From contig MU053933.1 of the NCBI GenBank assembly GCA_013239625.1, positions 2,565,026 through 2,629,025 of the forward strand: a DNA stretch of 64,000 nt, given 5' to 3'. The notes below the pieces were generated by a model. That model was given only the letters and a program-made list of their open reading frames with translations. It had not been told where the DNA came from and made no database searches. A program made the position numbers and the translations under genes. Shown in pieces: positions 24,812-36,960 of this stretch; position 1 is the stretch's first letter; every line of letters starts with the position of its first letter. This DNA is from Lama guanicoe (lineage: Eukaryota).

Positions 24812-24900
24812 GTGCCACTAGCCACACGTGGCTGTTACATGTAAATTGAATGGAAGTAAAAGCTGGTTTGCTCTGCTGCCCTGGGCACTGGCTGTGGAGG
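24812..24900. mobile_element. MER33/MER3-like hAT-Charlie fragment
   Basis: 'gccactagccacacgtggctgttacatgtaaattgaat' matches the MER3/MER33 subterminal motif gccactagccacatgtggcta. Confidence 0.5.
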
Positions 24901-25130
24901 GTGGCCGAGGGGGGAGGCTGAGTCCAGATGGAGTGGGCGGTGTGGGGGGAGGGCCCGACTCCTGCCTCTCCTGTGTGTGGCACTGCCCCTCACCTCTACC
25001 TTCTGCTGTAAGAGACATGTGATTCGTTGTATGAAATTCAGACAGTAGAGAGACGAGAGAAAAAACAAAAGCCATCTCACTGCTCAGAGGTGATGTCTGT
25101 GACCCTGGGGCGGCGTGATCACTGGGCATC

Positions 25131-25175
25131 CGTGCACACACACACACATGCACGCACACGTGCATACACGTGCGC
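25131..25175. repeat. 45-bp alternating pyrimidine-purine (CA/CG/TG) tract
   Basis: 'cgtgcacacacacacacatgcacgcacacgtgcatacacgtgcgc' alternates Y-R throughout. Confidence 0.85.
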
Positions 25176-28100
25176 TGGGCATGCAGGACGCCACCAGTGC
25201 CCAGGTGCCCCCCCACCCCAGCACGTTCTACCCGTCACCCGGTTCCCGGCCCCACGGCCGTGGGCCCTCCTGCTGCTGCTGTTCTCTTGTTTCCTGATGA
25301 GAGTCCCGACTGCTGCCCGCAGGGCACAGCTCTGGCTGCGGAGCGGGGGCCCGGGTGCCTGTGTTCACGGCTGCACAGCCGCCACCGTGTGTGCGTGTGT
25401 CCGTGCACGTCCGTGTGCGCTCACACGGGAGGATGGCGGCCCCCTGACTCGTGCGTCATAAGTGGTTTTCTCGAGGTGGGGTGTCCGTGCTTGCTTACCC
25501 CCTCCGCTGTGGGTCTGTGTTTCTCCGCAGCACCCTTGCCGCCTGGCCTGGCCTGGCCGCGCTGGGCCCCTCTGGCCTGCAGAGGGCGCCCCGCTGCCAG
25601 AGAGTGAACCGGTGGCCGCAGTGGTTCGGCCGGCGGTGCACTTTCTGGTTGTCCCCAGGCTTCCACGCAGACCGGTGTGTTACTCTCGTCTTAGCGTGCT
25701 GTGGGCTGCACATGTAGAAGAGCCAGCTCAAGCTGATGTTAAGCAAAACCAGTTCATTGACTCCTGAGGCCTCCCGTGCGGCCCTGCGGCAGGCCGCTGC
25801 ACGCGTGCGGCTGCTTGTCGGGATGCGGTTCGCGCCGCACGGCGGGGACAGACGTGAGTGTGCAGGCTGAGTGGAGGTCGGGGGGTGGCTGTGCCAGGCG
25901 CTCAGCAGTCACGATGCAGCTGGAGTCAGATGTGAGCGAGTATTTATACCCTCAGCCCTTTCTCCGAAAAGCTCAGACCTCCTATTTCTAACTCTAGCTT
26001 TCTGCTCTATTAGCGAGACCGGGGGAGGGGAAGCTCAGATTAGTCAGTTTGCTTTGCATTTATTTTTACTTGGCCTTTTCACTTCCAGATTTTGAGAAGA
26101 AAATGTGAGATTCTTTTCTCTGCATAATTTTCTGCTGTGACGAGAAGCTACTTTCAGCTGCAGACTCTGAAAGCGGTGGAATTAACCTCGGGGTGGCTTG
26201 TTCACATTTTCCATTCATGAAACAAACTTTAACATGTTAATCTGTTTACTCTGTGCGATGATTATTCATTCCTTTTCCAGTAACTTGGAAAACCGTATGG
26301 ATGTACCCCAAGCAGTGGGGTGTCTTCCAGGCAGTCCAGCAGGTGTCAGGACTCAGGGACACGGGGTGGCCGCCCCGGGGACCCTCCTGGTGGAGGATGA
26401 CACGTGAGGGCAGAGAATTTGTTCACTACTTGGTCTTATTTTTTTCTTCAGGAATCAAACTAAGTATTTGTCCCTGACAGGAGTCTATTTTGTTCCCTAA
26501 AGACCGAACTGCTCACCTTCAGCAGTTTGAGGAGTGGCCCTAAGGTGTGTCGGTGTGTGCCCTGCCCTCCGAGGCGCTCCTCGCCAGGCAGCTGCTGCGT
26601 TTATCTCGCCTGGGATGTTTCTAGTGACAGTTGCCGTCGGGATTCGTTGTATTTTGAATAGGGAATGAATTTTTGGCCATTATTAAAAAGGTAATAAGCA
26701 AACACATTAAACCGCATCTCACGGCAGGTGTGAGGGAAACAGATTCCTGTTCTGCGCCGAAAAAGCGAGCCTTGCGCCCCTTCCAGCTGGTGTCCTCCTG
26801 GGAGACACTTGCGGCGCTGGCCGTGCTCTGCGCGCCCCCCCCCAGCGTTTCCGCCTCCCGCAGCCTGTTGTGCAGCCATGGTCGGACGTCTCCTCGGGAG
26901 CCCCGTGCTCTTCCAGCCCATCGGCAGGGACCTTTAGGACAATTAGTGTTTTCCTGTTGTTCAGCAGCGCCGCACACACAGGAAGGTGCAGAGAACGTGA
27001 GCAAGCAGCTCGTTGCCGCCCCGGGGCCTGTCCCCTGAGCGTGGGACCTGCAGCTCCGGGCCGTGGGCTGCTTCGTTGCATGTAGATGTCGTCAAGGCAC
27101 GCGTCCGTGTCTCTTTTCTTCTGTTGGATGCCGTCTCTGCGAGGCCTCCGGGGTGCAGGAGTTTATTTCATTGCTGTGTGTAAGTCCCACAGTTGGACTG
27201 CCTGTCACTCTGCTGACGGTGGACGCGCAGCGTTTAGGGCAGCTGTGAGCAGAACTGCTGTCTGTTTTGTGGGAGCCACGCAGGCTCCCCTGCCCGGACG
27301 TGCCGGCCCCCGGGCGCCTCTCTCGCCGCCTGGCCTTGACTGCCTTCGTGTTCTGTGAGTCCGAGTCGTGGTGGGTGCGCAGGGGTGTTTCTCCTCAGTC
27401 CTGACCCTCACCCTCCCACGCCTGGGTGGGGGGCGGGGCTGGAGCTCTTGTTTCCGTGGAGACTGGCGTCCTCTCCCACGTGCCCGGGAGGCGTGGGCTG
27501 GGGGGCAGCGCTCGGACACAGAGCATGTCACACCTTCCTCTTTTCCTTAAAAAAATACATAGAAAACTTTTTTCCCGTGTAATTTGTAGAAATTGGTTCA
27601 TCATTTTTGAGTTCTGTCTTGGGTGTTCTTTCTGAAGTTGCCTGTTTTATGAAGTTTTTAAAGTCTCTGTGCAGTCCCCCAACCCGCCCCACTCCCCTGG
27701 GACCTGGGACTGTGGGCCGAGGGCCCCCCCCGGTCCTCCCTGTGCAGGGCCGCTAGCGGGAATGCGGGGCGAGGGGCACGGGGCACCCGCCTTCCTTGTG
27801 GCCCATCTGCCTGGTGGGAGGTGGGCAGGTGGGCGGCTGGCCTGCAGCCTCTGCAGACGCCTTCTCTCACCTCCGGTTTGGGGACGCGGCCCTGTGTTAA
27901 AGCAGGGGCTGTGCAGTTTCCTGCTTGAACGGGGACACTGGAGGGCGAGGGGCCTGCAGTGAGTCATCCCCCAAAGATGGCATGTGAGCTGGATGTCCCC
28001 GGCAGATTGGGCCACGACCTCAGGGGCCGAGGGGGTCACGTGGAGGATGAAGGATGAACTGTGAGGGGCCCCGATATCCCCGGGGCCCTGGCGCAGACGG

Positions 28101-31100
28101 GGTCCTCCCGGGCCGTGGGAGGACCGCTGGGGTCGGAGGCAGGGTGCCTAGTGCGCGCGTCACCGTCCTGTTCGCGTCGCTCGTCTGTGGCAGGGCTCTG
28201 CTTGCCTTGCTGCCTCCCCGGGGCTGTTTCGGGGAATAAAATGCGATAATAAAATTTTAGAATATTTTGTAAAATATTAATTAGTTACCTTGCCCTCAAC
28301 TCTCCTCGTCTGTTTTTTAGCGGGCACTGAAAGGAACCGGGGCGGGGCTGGGGGGACAACTGCCTGCTCCGCTCTGCCGTGGCGGGGGTGGGGGCCCCTG
28401 GAGAGGCCCTGAGACAGGCAGAGGGTCCTGCTGGAGGCACACCTGAATAGCTCCTTGCGGCTGACCCGCTCGTGTCCCGGGGACCCCTTCCCTGACAAGT
28501 GCAGGGGTCAGTTTAGCTGGGCTACTTTATAAACTTCTCACACATTCGAACTGGAAGTCACGGTTGGCTTTTACTTTCGTACGCAGTCTAATGATTAATC
28601 ATACGTACATATCATACGCATGAAGGTTAACATTTAGTTAAAAGTACCTTTAAACACCTGCTGAAGCACCAGCATTCTTTTGTACGTTGAGGAAGACCAC
28701 GTGGCCTGCCAGGGCTGTGGTGCCGAGCCGCCTTTTAGGGAGCACGAGGGCTGGTGGGCGCGTCCTGCGTGTCAACCGGTGGGCCCCGAGCCCAACACAG
28801 AACGATCACCGAGCGCGTTGTCAGGCAGTGGCTTGGGCCTGGGAGTGCTTGGAGGTTTTCTTGGTTCCCACGCTTGAAAGGCATCCAGCCCTGAGAGGCG
28901 CCCAGCTAGAACACGAGCAGGCACGCCCGGTGGTGCACGGGCCACCCCTTGCATGGCCGCCCCACGGCAGCCGTGGGGACCCACGTGACACTCTCTTCCT
29001 CTAGACCCCAGGCGACCCCAGGCTGCGTCTCAGGGCAGGCTCGCTTCTTCACAGGGGCTCTGGGATGAGGCCTTCTGCCTTCGTGGGGGCGCAGGGATCT
29101 GGGTGGTGGGAGGGCTTTGCAATTGCAGGGCCTTCACGGAGGAGGTGGGACTTGAGCCAAACACTCTTTTAAAGTTGGTACCGAATCACACGTTACAGAT
29201 CTTCAACATCACTTAATTTTTCTTGATTAAAAGTGTATCTGGTTCTCGCCGGCCCAGTAGCCTGCTCATTGAAGTGGTGGCTGCCCCCCGCCCTGTCCGC
29301 AGCCAGCGTTCCGGGAGCACTTCTCCACGCCGGATTGTTTGCCTGTGGGTTCTTTGCCTGGGTTGTTTTATCCCGTCCTTGCTGCAGCCCTGACCCAGGC
29401 TTCTAGGAGGAAAGCTAGGGCCCCGAGGCCAGGGAGCTGGATGCTCAAGCAGGCACGCCTCCACCTCCATTCTGAGTCCGAGCCGGCGGGTCCTCCTGGC
29501 CCGGGCGGAGGCTCCGGGCTGGCTCTCTGGGGAGGGTCCGCGAACTTGCCCTCAGAGCTGCCGCAGCAGCAAAGCAGGACGGCCTCTGGGGAGTTCACTT
29601 CTTCGGCCGCGAGGGCCCGGGCAGGAGCGTGGCGACCTGCCAACAAGCAGCGCTCTGAGCTGAGTTCTCTGCCTGCGTCCCAGACACACAGAGCGGCGTG
29701 GTTTGGTTATCTGGTCTCATCTGTTGGTGGTCAGGGAGGCAGTCCGCTCAAGTCCTCTGGCCAGCTGTTGGCCCGGCGTGAGTGATGGGGGGCCGTGAGC
29801 AGGTGACAGCCGTGCCTCACTGGTGTCCTCGCTGGAGGTCACAGTGGGCGGCTGGCGCTCTGTGCGCCGCCCCAGCCCCGCTGGCATTCGGGTGCTGACT
29901 TCCTGTGCGTGAACACCAGCCCCCGTCCTGGGTCCCTGGGGTTTGAACTTCATGTGTTTACTCCCGAGGTGTAATAGCTGAGACATCTTTTTTAATTTGT
30001 GTCAGTTAGCCCGAGGTTTTCTGCAGAAGTCGTGGCCTTGTCTGCTTTGCTCCGTGAAGCGGGCGTGGCATGTTTGCGCCTGAAGTCCTGCATGTGTCCT
30101 GCTACCTAACACTCAGCGTCGCGGGACTGAGCCCGGGGGCCGCGACCTCGTCCGGGGCGGCCCGTGCCTCACCTGGAGTCCAGGCGCGGACGCCCGTCAG
30201 CTTGAGCACTCAGGGCGTGACTTGTCCTTTAAGGAAATTTGTTGTTTCCTGCGAGGCTGAAAGCTGCAGAGATGGGCGTCTGTTACCGGGATGACTTTGC
30301 CTTTGTCGCCTCCCTGCGTGAGGACAGCGTGCCGTGCTTTCACCCTCCGCAAGGGGCGGGCGCCGGGCGCCGGGAGGGCGGCCAGGGATGTCCGCCCACG
30401 CCCCTCGGTGTCCCCAGGACAGAGTTCTCGGGTTGAGCACGGGAACAGCTGCCTGTCTGAGCCCGCTCTGCCTCACAAACAGGATCGGTCTGGGAGCTGG
30501 CTTCGTCCGGGGAGCGGGGCGGGCCGGACCTTTGCCTCCCCTGCCGTCTGTGAAGAACACTTCTTGCATTTCTGAGTGTCTTTCAAATAAGATTGTACGT
30601 TTTCTTCAAAACCACAGTGTGCTCATCGTGGGCCGTGTGTGCTTTGCAGAGACGCAGCGCCGGGAGAAAGGAGGCCGGCGGCCCCGCAGCCGGGTGGCGG
30701 CTGTTGGAGACACTCCGTATGTTTCCTGAGTCTTCTCACACGTGCATGTGCTTTATTTTTTCCCTAAACGTAGCTGATAGGCTGCTGTTTATGTGTATCT
30801 GCAGGCCCCTGAGGTCTCTGGAACAAGATGTGGTCAAATTAACAACAGCAACTGGGGAAGTGGTTTGTATTTTGATTTTCACCGTGTGATGACACTCGGC
30901 AAAGACTCCAGTGACGCCATTTTCTGTCCACACTCTGACGATGCCGCGACAGCAGGCAGCACGGCTGCGCCTCTTGGGTCTCTTCCTCCAGGACGGAGGA
31001 CGCAGGAGGCGGAGGGGCTCCCGTGCGGCCCTGGTCCCAGCCGCAGTCTCCAGGGGGCGGGCGGCCCGCCGCCCTTTTGCGTTCCCAGGGAGGCCGTCCC

Positions 31101-34100
31101 CCGACGCCCGGCGCCCCTTGCAGGCGGGCGACAGTGCTGTGTGCGGTGCGCGCAGGAGAGCCCCGGAGGGGCTGCTGCCGTGCGGGCGTCTGTCCTGCGC
31201 GCGGGCCGCCCGGACAGGCGCGGGATTTCTGGTGTGCGTGTGTCACACGCGGGCTCCTGTCACGTGCCGTTTCCACTGCACTGCGGACCGTTGGTGCAGG
31301 CACCTCCCTCCTCACGGGACTGACACATTTTATCTTTTCTCTGTCACAGTTAAAAACAGTTTTAAAACCCTGGTTTTCTGTAAATCATGTAACATTCTTA
31401 CCCACTTCACTTGTCACGAGGAGAGCGTGCTGTTCTGTCCTGCAGATGCACTGCGGGGGTGTAGTAAGTCCCCACTGACGAGGGTGCCTCTCGAAAGGGC
31501 ATTTAAAAACTTGACGTGATATCAGCACGTGGTATAAAGCGTATTCAGGCCCCTCGATGCACGAGAATGAAGTTCCAGGTCCCTTCTCTCTCTCCACTCT
31601 CCCCAGAGGCGAGCGCCTAATGGTCTGCGTCTCTCCGTCTGGTGTCGCGCCCTCCTTGGCGGTCCCGTGGTCACGTGGGGAGTCAGCACGTAGCATCTCT
31701 CCCGCCTTGGCTTTTACGAGTCACAGTTTTAGATTCATATGGACAAGGTTGAAAACACCTGTGGTCTGTTTCTCATCTATCATTAGGCTTTTTCGTGCTC
31801 CTCTCTGCAGCTTTAGCCTGAAAGCGTTAACGTGAGGAAAGCGATGTTACGAGAACAGAAGCGTATCTCACTGCGGGACCATGCAGTGTGGCTGGAGAAG
31901 GCAGAGCTGTGACTGCACCCGGAAGCTCATGCCCAGGAAAGGGGGTGTTCAGACGGAGCCTCCCAAGTTCCCTCCTGGTGTCTGTGCTGCTTCAGCCGCC
32001 TGGTTGCTCACCCCCCGCGATGTTCGTTTCTTAAATTCCGCTTTTGCGTTGCGGGAGCGCCTCCTAATCCACTTCCTCACAGGGCACGAGGCTGGGAGGC
32101 TTCCTGGGCTCCCGCTGCCGTGTTCAAACGCGCTGTCGTCCTGTTGCCCTGCTTGACTGGCAATTGGCTGCGTCTCAAATTCCAGGTTCATGCAGTGTCC
32201 CCTAGTGTCTGGGTTCACACGACTCGGAATGTATCTCTGCCCTTTTCCAGAGCCTAGTGCTGCTGATGGGGAGTCGGACGTCAGCCCTCCCTTGTTCTTC
32301 GCAAGTGACTCCCCCCCCCACCCCGCTCCTGCCGTGGCCTCCAGCGCTGCTGCCGGCCTGCTCTGGGTCCTCTTGCCCTGGGGCGCGGCCCCAGCCCACG
32401 TGGCCCTGTTGGGAAAGCTCAGACTGTCCTCCGGAGCGGCTCTCAAGTCACAGTCCCCCGGCCCCGTCGTCTGTGCCGGGTCCTTGGCTCCCTCGGTCTG
32501 CCTCCTCGCCCCCTGCCCTGACCCCCGGCCTCCCCGTGTTGCCGAGCCCGGTGACTCTCTGGTGCTGTTGCAACTCATCCTCCGCCAGAAGGTTCTTCTT
32601 CTGACCCAGGACAGGGCCTCGGGGAGGGAGCAGAGCAGGCGGGCGCTTTACCACCACGCTCGCTTAAGAGCCTTTTCAGGTCACTGTTGGGGTCAGGATT
32701 CTGTACCTTGAGCGTTTTTAACGGTAGTTCTTTCTTCCCACTGGAAAAATTGCTCAACGTTATCAAAGAGTTGGCAAGAAATTAGTGAACCAGCTCCACT
32801 CAGTCTGTCGGCAGCATAAATAAATCCTTTGTCACGTAAGAGCGCCCCTGAGCTTACAGGTAGCTGGGTATTTTGTTACACTTAGTTGACAGCATGCAGC
32901 GAATTAGTTAAATTCCACGTGCTGTGAGGCAGCGCGTCGCTAGTTCATGAGCTGTCTCCACCTCATCAAAATTCAGGGGGGTTCTAGTGTCTGTTTTTCA
33001 GTAAAGTTGGAGATGACTTATGCTACTGGTAAGTTTAGTTATTGAAAAATTATGGTTCAAAAAACTGACAAAAGTTTCATCCCTGTGTACACAAACAGGC
33101 CATATTAAACTAATGTGAAATGATAAAACAAAGCTGACATAGAATGATTAAAAACAGGAACCGAAATCCACGACACTTGAAAGCCGTCGTTGGTAGCGAG
33201 CCCTTCCTTCCTGAGCCGCGGGCACGTGCGCCGTGCAGCTGTGCGCGGGAGCCCTGCTGCTGGGGGCGGGGGACTGGCCTCTGCAGGCTCGGTCACGCCC
33301 ACAAACTTTAGTGTGCCGTCAGAACTCGCTTTCTCAGTTACCACTGACTAAAAGTTGCATTGGAAAGAAAAACGCTGCCGTTTGTTGGTGCAGTGCCACG
33401 AGGGCCTGAGTGTGGGGTCGGCCCCTCGCTCAAACCTGTGTGCTCTTTTGAGCATCTGAGAACAGCTCTGTCCACTGTGCTGGAAAGATGCGCCTGGACA
33501 CACAGACATACCCTTTGCTGTGCCCTTCACTGTTTGCCCGGGCCTGGGGCCCCGCAGGGAGCCCTGCTCCGGCACGAGTGTGGGCAGCCGTTTCCCGGCG
33601 TGGTGCCCAGGCAGGGGTCCTCCCGGCGTCGGGGCGGAGAGCGGGGCCTGCACAGCCGGGCACCCGCCTCCTGCCCTTTCCTGCGCCTCCTCCCACGACC
33701 TCCCGGTGGGCGTACGGGTCCCCTGGCTTGGGTGCGACGTCTGAGCCCTGTCGCCGCCCGGGGAGGGAGGTGGAGGGACTCTGAGGCACGTGGGCTCTAC
33801 TTTCCTGAGCGGCCAAAGCACTGCTTTTCCTTCTGTCAGCTTCTCTCCTTCTTGCCCTCGGTTTTCAGTCATTTTCCACCAGTAAGTGTGGTTTTTAGAA
33901 AAGTGCGCATTAGGAAAGTGCCGATTCGAATGGCCGAGGAGGCTGTTGAGCCCTGGTGGGCAGTGTCCCTGTGGGGGTGGCCCTGGGTCCCCTGCAGAGC
34001 TCCGCCCGCCGTGCCTGCTGACCCGGGCCGAGGGGCGCTGTCCTCTCCGCGTACCTGGGTTTGCACTTGCTTGCGTTTCGGCTGTGACGTTTTTGTCTCT

Positions 34101-35018
34101 GTGTGTAGGAGAGGTTGGCCCCAGTTTTTAACTCCTGTGATGTCCCTGACAGGCTTACTTCCAGGGTAACCAGGGTCCTACGAAGTGGGGAGGGCTCCCT
34201 GCTGCTTCTGCCTGACCAGCCTGTGGGACCCGCGTCTGTCCCCACGGTCAGCTGTCCTCAGGCCGCCCGCTTGTGTCTCCACTCTTCGCTGGTCCTCTTC
34301 TCTCTCCCAGGCCCCCTTCCTTCCTCTGAGGGGATCCCAGCAAGGGTCTGCCGGTGGCAAGCCACCTGAGGCGTCATCTGGAACGTCTGCCTTCTCTGCC
34401 TGTGGAAGGGCCTCCGCCCGCCGAGGTCTGGGTGCCCCCGCCCCTTCTCGTCCCCGCGGGGGTGGGGGGTCTCCCCGCGGCCTCCGGCCCGGGCTGCCTG
34501 TGCTCTGGGCGTCTGAGTTTACAGCGGCTCTTGTGTCTTCACCTGGGGGTGGGGGGCTGGCCTCCCCACCCCCCGCCGAGTTGGCCAGGCTCCCCTCCAG
34601 GACCCCCCTTCCCTCTCTCTGCTCCCCTGACCGCGGGAGAGGAAGAGCAGTCTTACCTGAGGGAGCTCGGAGGCAGAGTCGAGAAGCTTCTGTCAGAATG
34701 CTGGAAGGTTCTTCCTGTCTAGGCTGCTGACCTCCCTGCAGCGGGCTTCTGCTGGAGCGTTTGGTAAATAGCCTTACCGGACACTTTTTAGATCATGACG
34801 TTAATCAAGCAATACAGAGCTCACATTTGCTTAGATTTGGGTGAAGAGCTGCTGGAAGTGTGTCAGTTTGACACGCGCGTGGTCAAAGCAGCTGGCGACG
34901 CCACAGGTTTCTGGAACGTGGGGATGTGGCGGTAGAGGCCAGCGGCCGCTTCCGTCCAGGACACGGGTCCTCAGGGAGGTTCGCGCATCAGCGCTGTTCT
35001 CAGCCCTTTCAGCCCCTG

Positions 35019-35085
35019 CCGGCCGCACCCCCGCTCCCTTACAGGCGCCCCGGCCGCACCCCCGCTCCCTTACAGGCGCCCCGGC
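35019..35085. repeat. 31-bp tandem duplication (2 copies plus a partial)
   Basis: 'ccggccgcacccccgctcccttacaggcgcc' is exact at 35019-35049 and 35050-35080, followed by ccggc. Confidence 0.9.
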
Positions 35086-35611
35086 TCGTCCTCCCCCTGC
35101 GGCCCTTCTTCCTCTCACTCCCCGTCCTCGTTGCCTTTTGTGTGTGGAAGATGTCGTGTTTTGCCTGGCTGTCCTGTCGGGGGGCAGGGACCGGCGCCCT
35201 TGCAGCACGTTTGCGCGGCAGGCGCGCGGGCGGCCGTGGCCGGGGCCCTCACGTCCGTGGGGTTGGGTCCTGTTCGCGGGCAGTGGTGATGGGGGAACCA
35301 GGCTTCACTTGGCCGGCAGTACGGCCTCGTGCTCCCCTTGGCAGAGGCACCGCTTCTGCCCCCCACTGGCCTCCCTGGTGCTCGGATGTATCTGGCCGGA
35401 GGGCACACAGGTGTCCCAGGGGGAACAGCAGCCGAGGTTGTACCCGCCCCTCGCCACCTGCCATCCTGGGGCTGGGGCTGTCTGCCTGTGCCCGGGGCTG
35501 GCACGCTCTGTTCCTGGGATGGGGTGATGCGGACACTGCCTCCAGACCTAAGCGCCAGACGGGCAGGCGCAGAGCCCTGCTCCTCAGTGCTGGCGGTGAC
35601 AGCGCCCTGTT

Positions 35612-35712
35612 TGCTCTGTGCCCTCTCTGTCTCTGCTCCTCTTGTCTCTGTCCCCCGTCTCTCTGTCTCTGTCCCCCCTCTGTTTCTCTGTCTCTTTCTC
35701 TGTCCCCCCTGC
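35612..35712. repeat. Pyrimidine-rich (TCTCTG)n-like low-complexity tract
   Basis: 'ctctctgtctctgctcctcttgtctctgtcccccgtctctctgtctctgtccccc...'. Confidence 0.75.
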
Positions 35713-36009
35713 CTGTTTCACAAGTTGTTGCAATGTTTGCAACAAAACTTTAATTTCCCATGAAGCATTGGACTGTTGAAAGTTTGAAAAAATAACATTT
35801 CCTTCAGGTCATAAAAATATTTCTAGTAATATTCACTAATTCACTTCAAAAAATAAGGAGAGGGGTTTTAAAATATGAGATGAAGGAGTCGTTCTAAAAG
35901 CAGCTTTCCGAGGTGCGGTAGGCACGTGCCCGGCGCCCGCCCGTGGTGGGGGGCGCCGCCGGGAAGGGCCCCCGCCCGCCGTCCTCACGCTCCTGACAGG
36001 CGTGTTCGT

Positions 36010-36960
36010 GTCGAATGTCAGGTGGAGCTTCTGGAGAAGCCATCCAGGCATGGAGCGCTCTTTGTACCATGGTTTTGTCTCCTGATTCCGATTCTTCAGT
36101 GTTTGAAGCGCAGCCGAGGTCCCTATTTCTTCCCGCGTCGGCTTGACGAGCTGTATTTTTCTTGGAATTTGCTCATTTTACCTAAGTTTACAACGTTTTT
36201 GGAATAAAATTCCTAGTAACCTCTTACTACATTTTCAGTGCTGTCGGAGTTAGAAGTGGTGACTCTCTCTGTTGGAGCGTTGTTCAGGCCCACGGCTGGG
36301 CTCTGCGGTTCTGTCCACGTCCGCCTGAGGAGGCTTCTTGCGTGGCACGGCTGGCACCTGCCCGGGCCAGCCCAGCATCCTCTCTGCAGAGCCGCTCGGC
36401 CTCCCGCATGGTGGGGTCAGGGTCCCGGGGTGGCTGGCTGCATTGGCCGCCCCCCAGGACAGCCTCCCGGGCCAACAGCCTCCGCAGGTGCAGGCCCTCC
36501 AGGGACCCATCGCGGGTTCCCAGAGCCCGCCGGGTCTCCCAGGGGTGCCAGGGGGCCCACCACACCCGATGGCGGGTCACATCACGGTGACAGCCCAGTC
36601 CTCCGCTGACCTTTTCCAGTCCCACGGCTAACTTGGGCCTTTTCCGTGTGTCGGGGGTTGGTCCGCCGTGCTGTGCTTGCTCGCCCTCGTGTGCCTGCTA
36701 TTGTGTGTGATTAATGCAAGGTTAACTTCTTGTTTTCTTTCTTCCATTTCCTTTGGGCTTGTCCTCCCTTTCGCTGACTTACCGCAGGGGGCTCATGGAC
36801 GTTCTTCTAGTGCGAGCATCAAGGCTGCGCATTTTCCTCTGCGGCGCGCTGCTTTATCTGCAGGCCACACATTTCAGCACGCAATCTTTCAGTTTCTAAG
36901 GTTTAAATGTTTTTCTCACAGCCCTGCTGACCCGCGTCCCAGGGGTGTCTGAGCAAGTCT
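36010..36960 (-). mobile_element. L1M ORF2 fragment, apparently interrupted at ~36270-36630
   Basis: 'gaagccatccaggcatggag...ctatttcttccc...ctgtatttttcttggaatttgctcattttacctaagttt' and 'aaggctgcgcattttcctctg...gctgctttatctgcaggccacacattt' are antisense L1 ORF2 motifs. Confidence 0.7.
36270..36628. mobile_element. Possible MLT1-type (MaLR) LTR inserted in the L1, strongly GC-shifted
   Basis: Interrupts the L1 homology. 'ggcctcccgcatggtggggtcagggtccc' and the terminal 'ccttttccagtcccac' weakly echo MLT1 LTR motifs. Confidence 0.35.

Noticed and set aside
26262-26320. Resemblance of 'ccag|TAACTTGGAAAACCGTATGGAT' to the start of an MGMT coding exon, and other host-gene guesses (TBC1D22A, AGAP1, TRAPPC9, HDAC4, ADARB1)
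   Set aside because: The downstream translation does not match, and no exon of these genes as I recall them was found, so no gene symbol is assigned.
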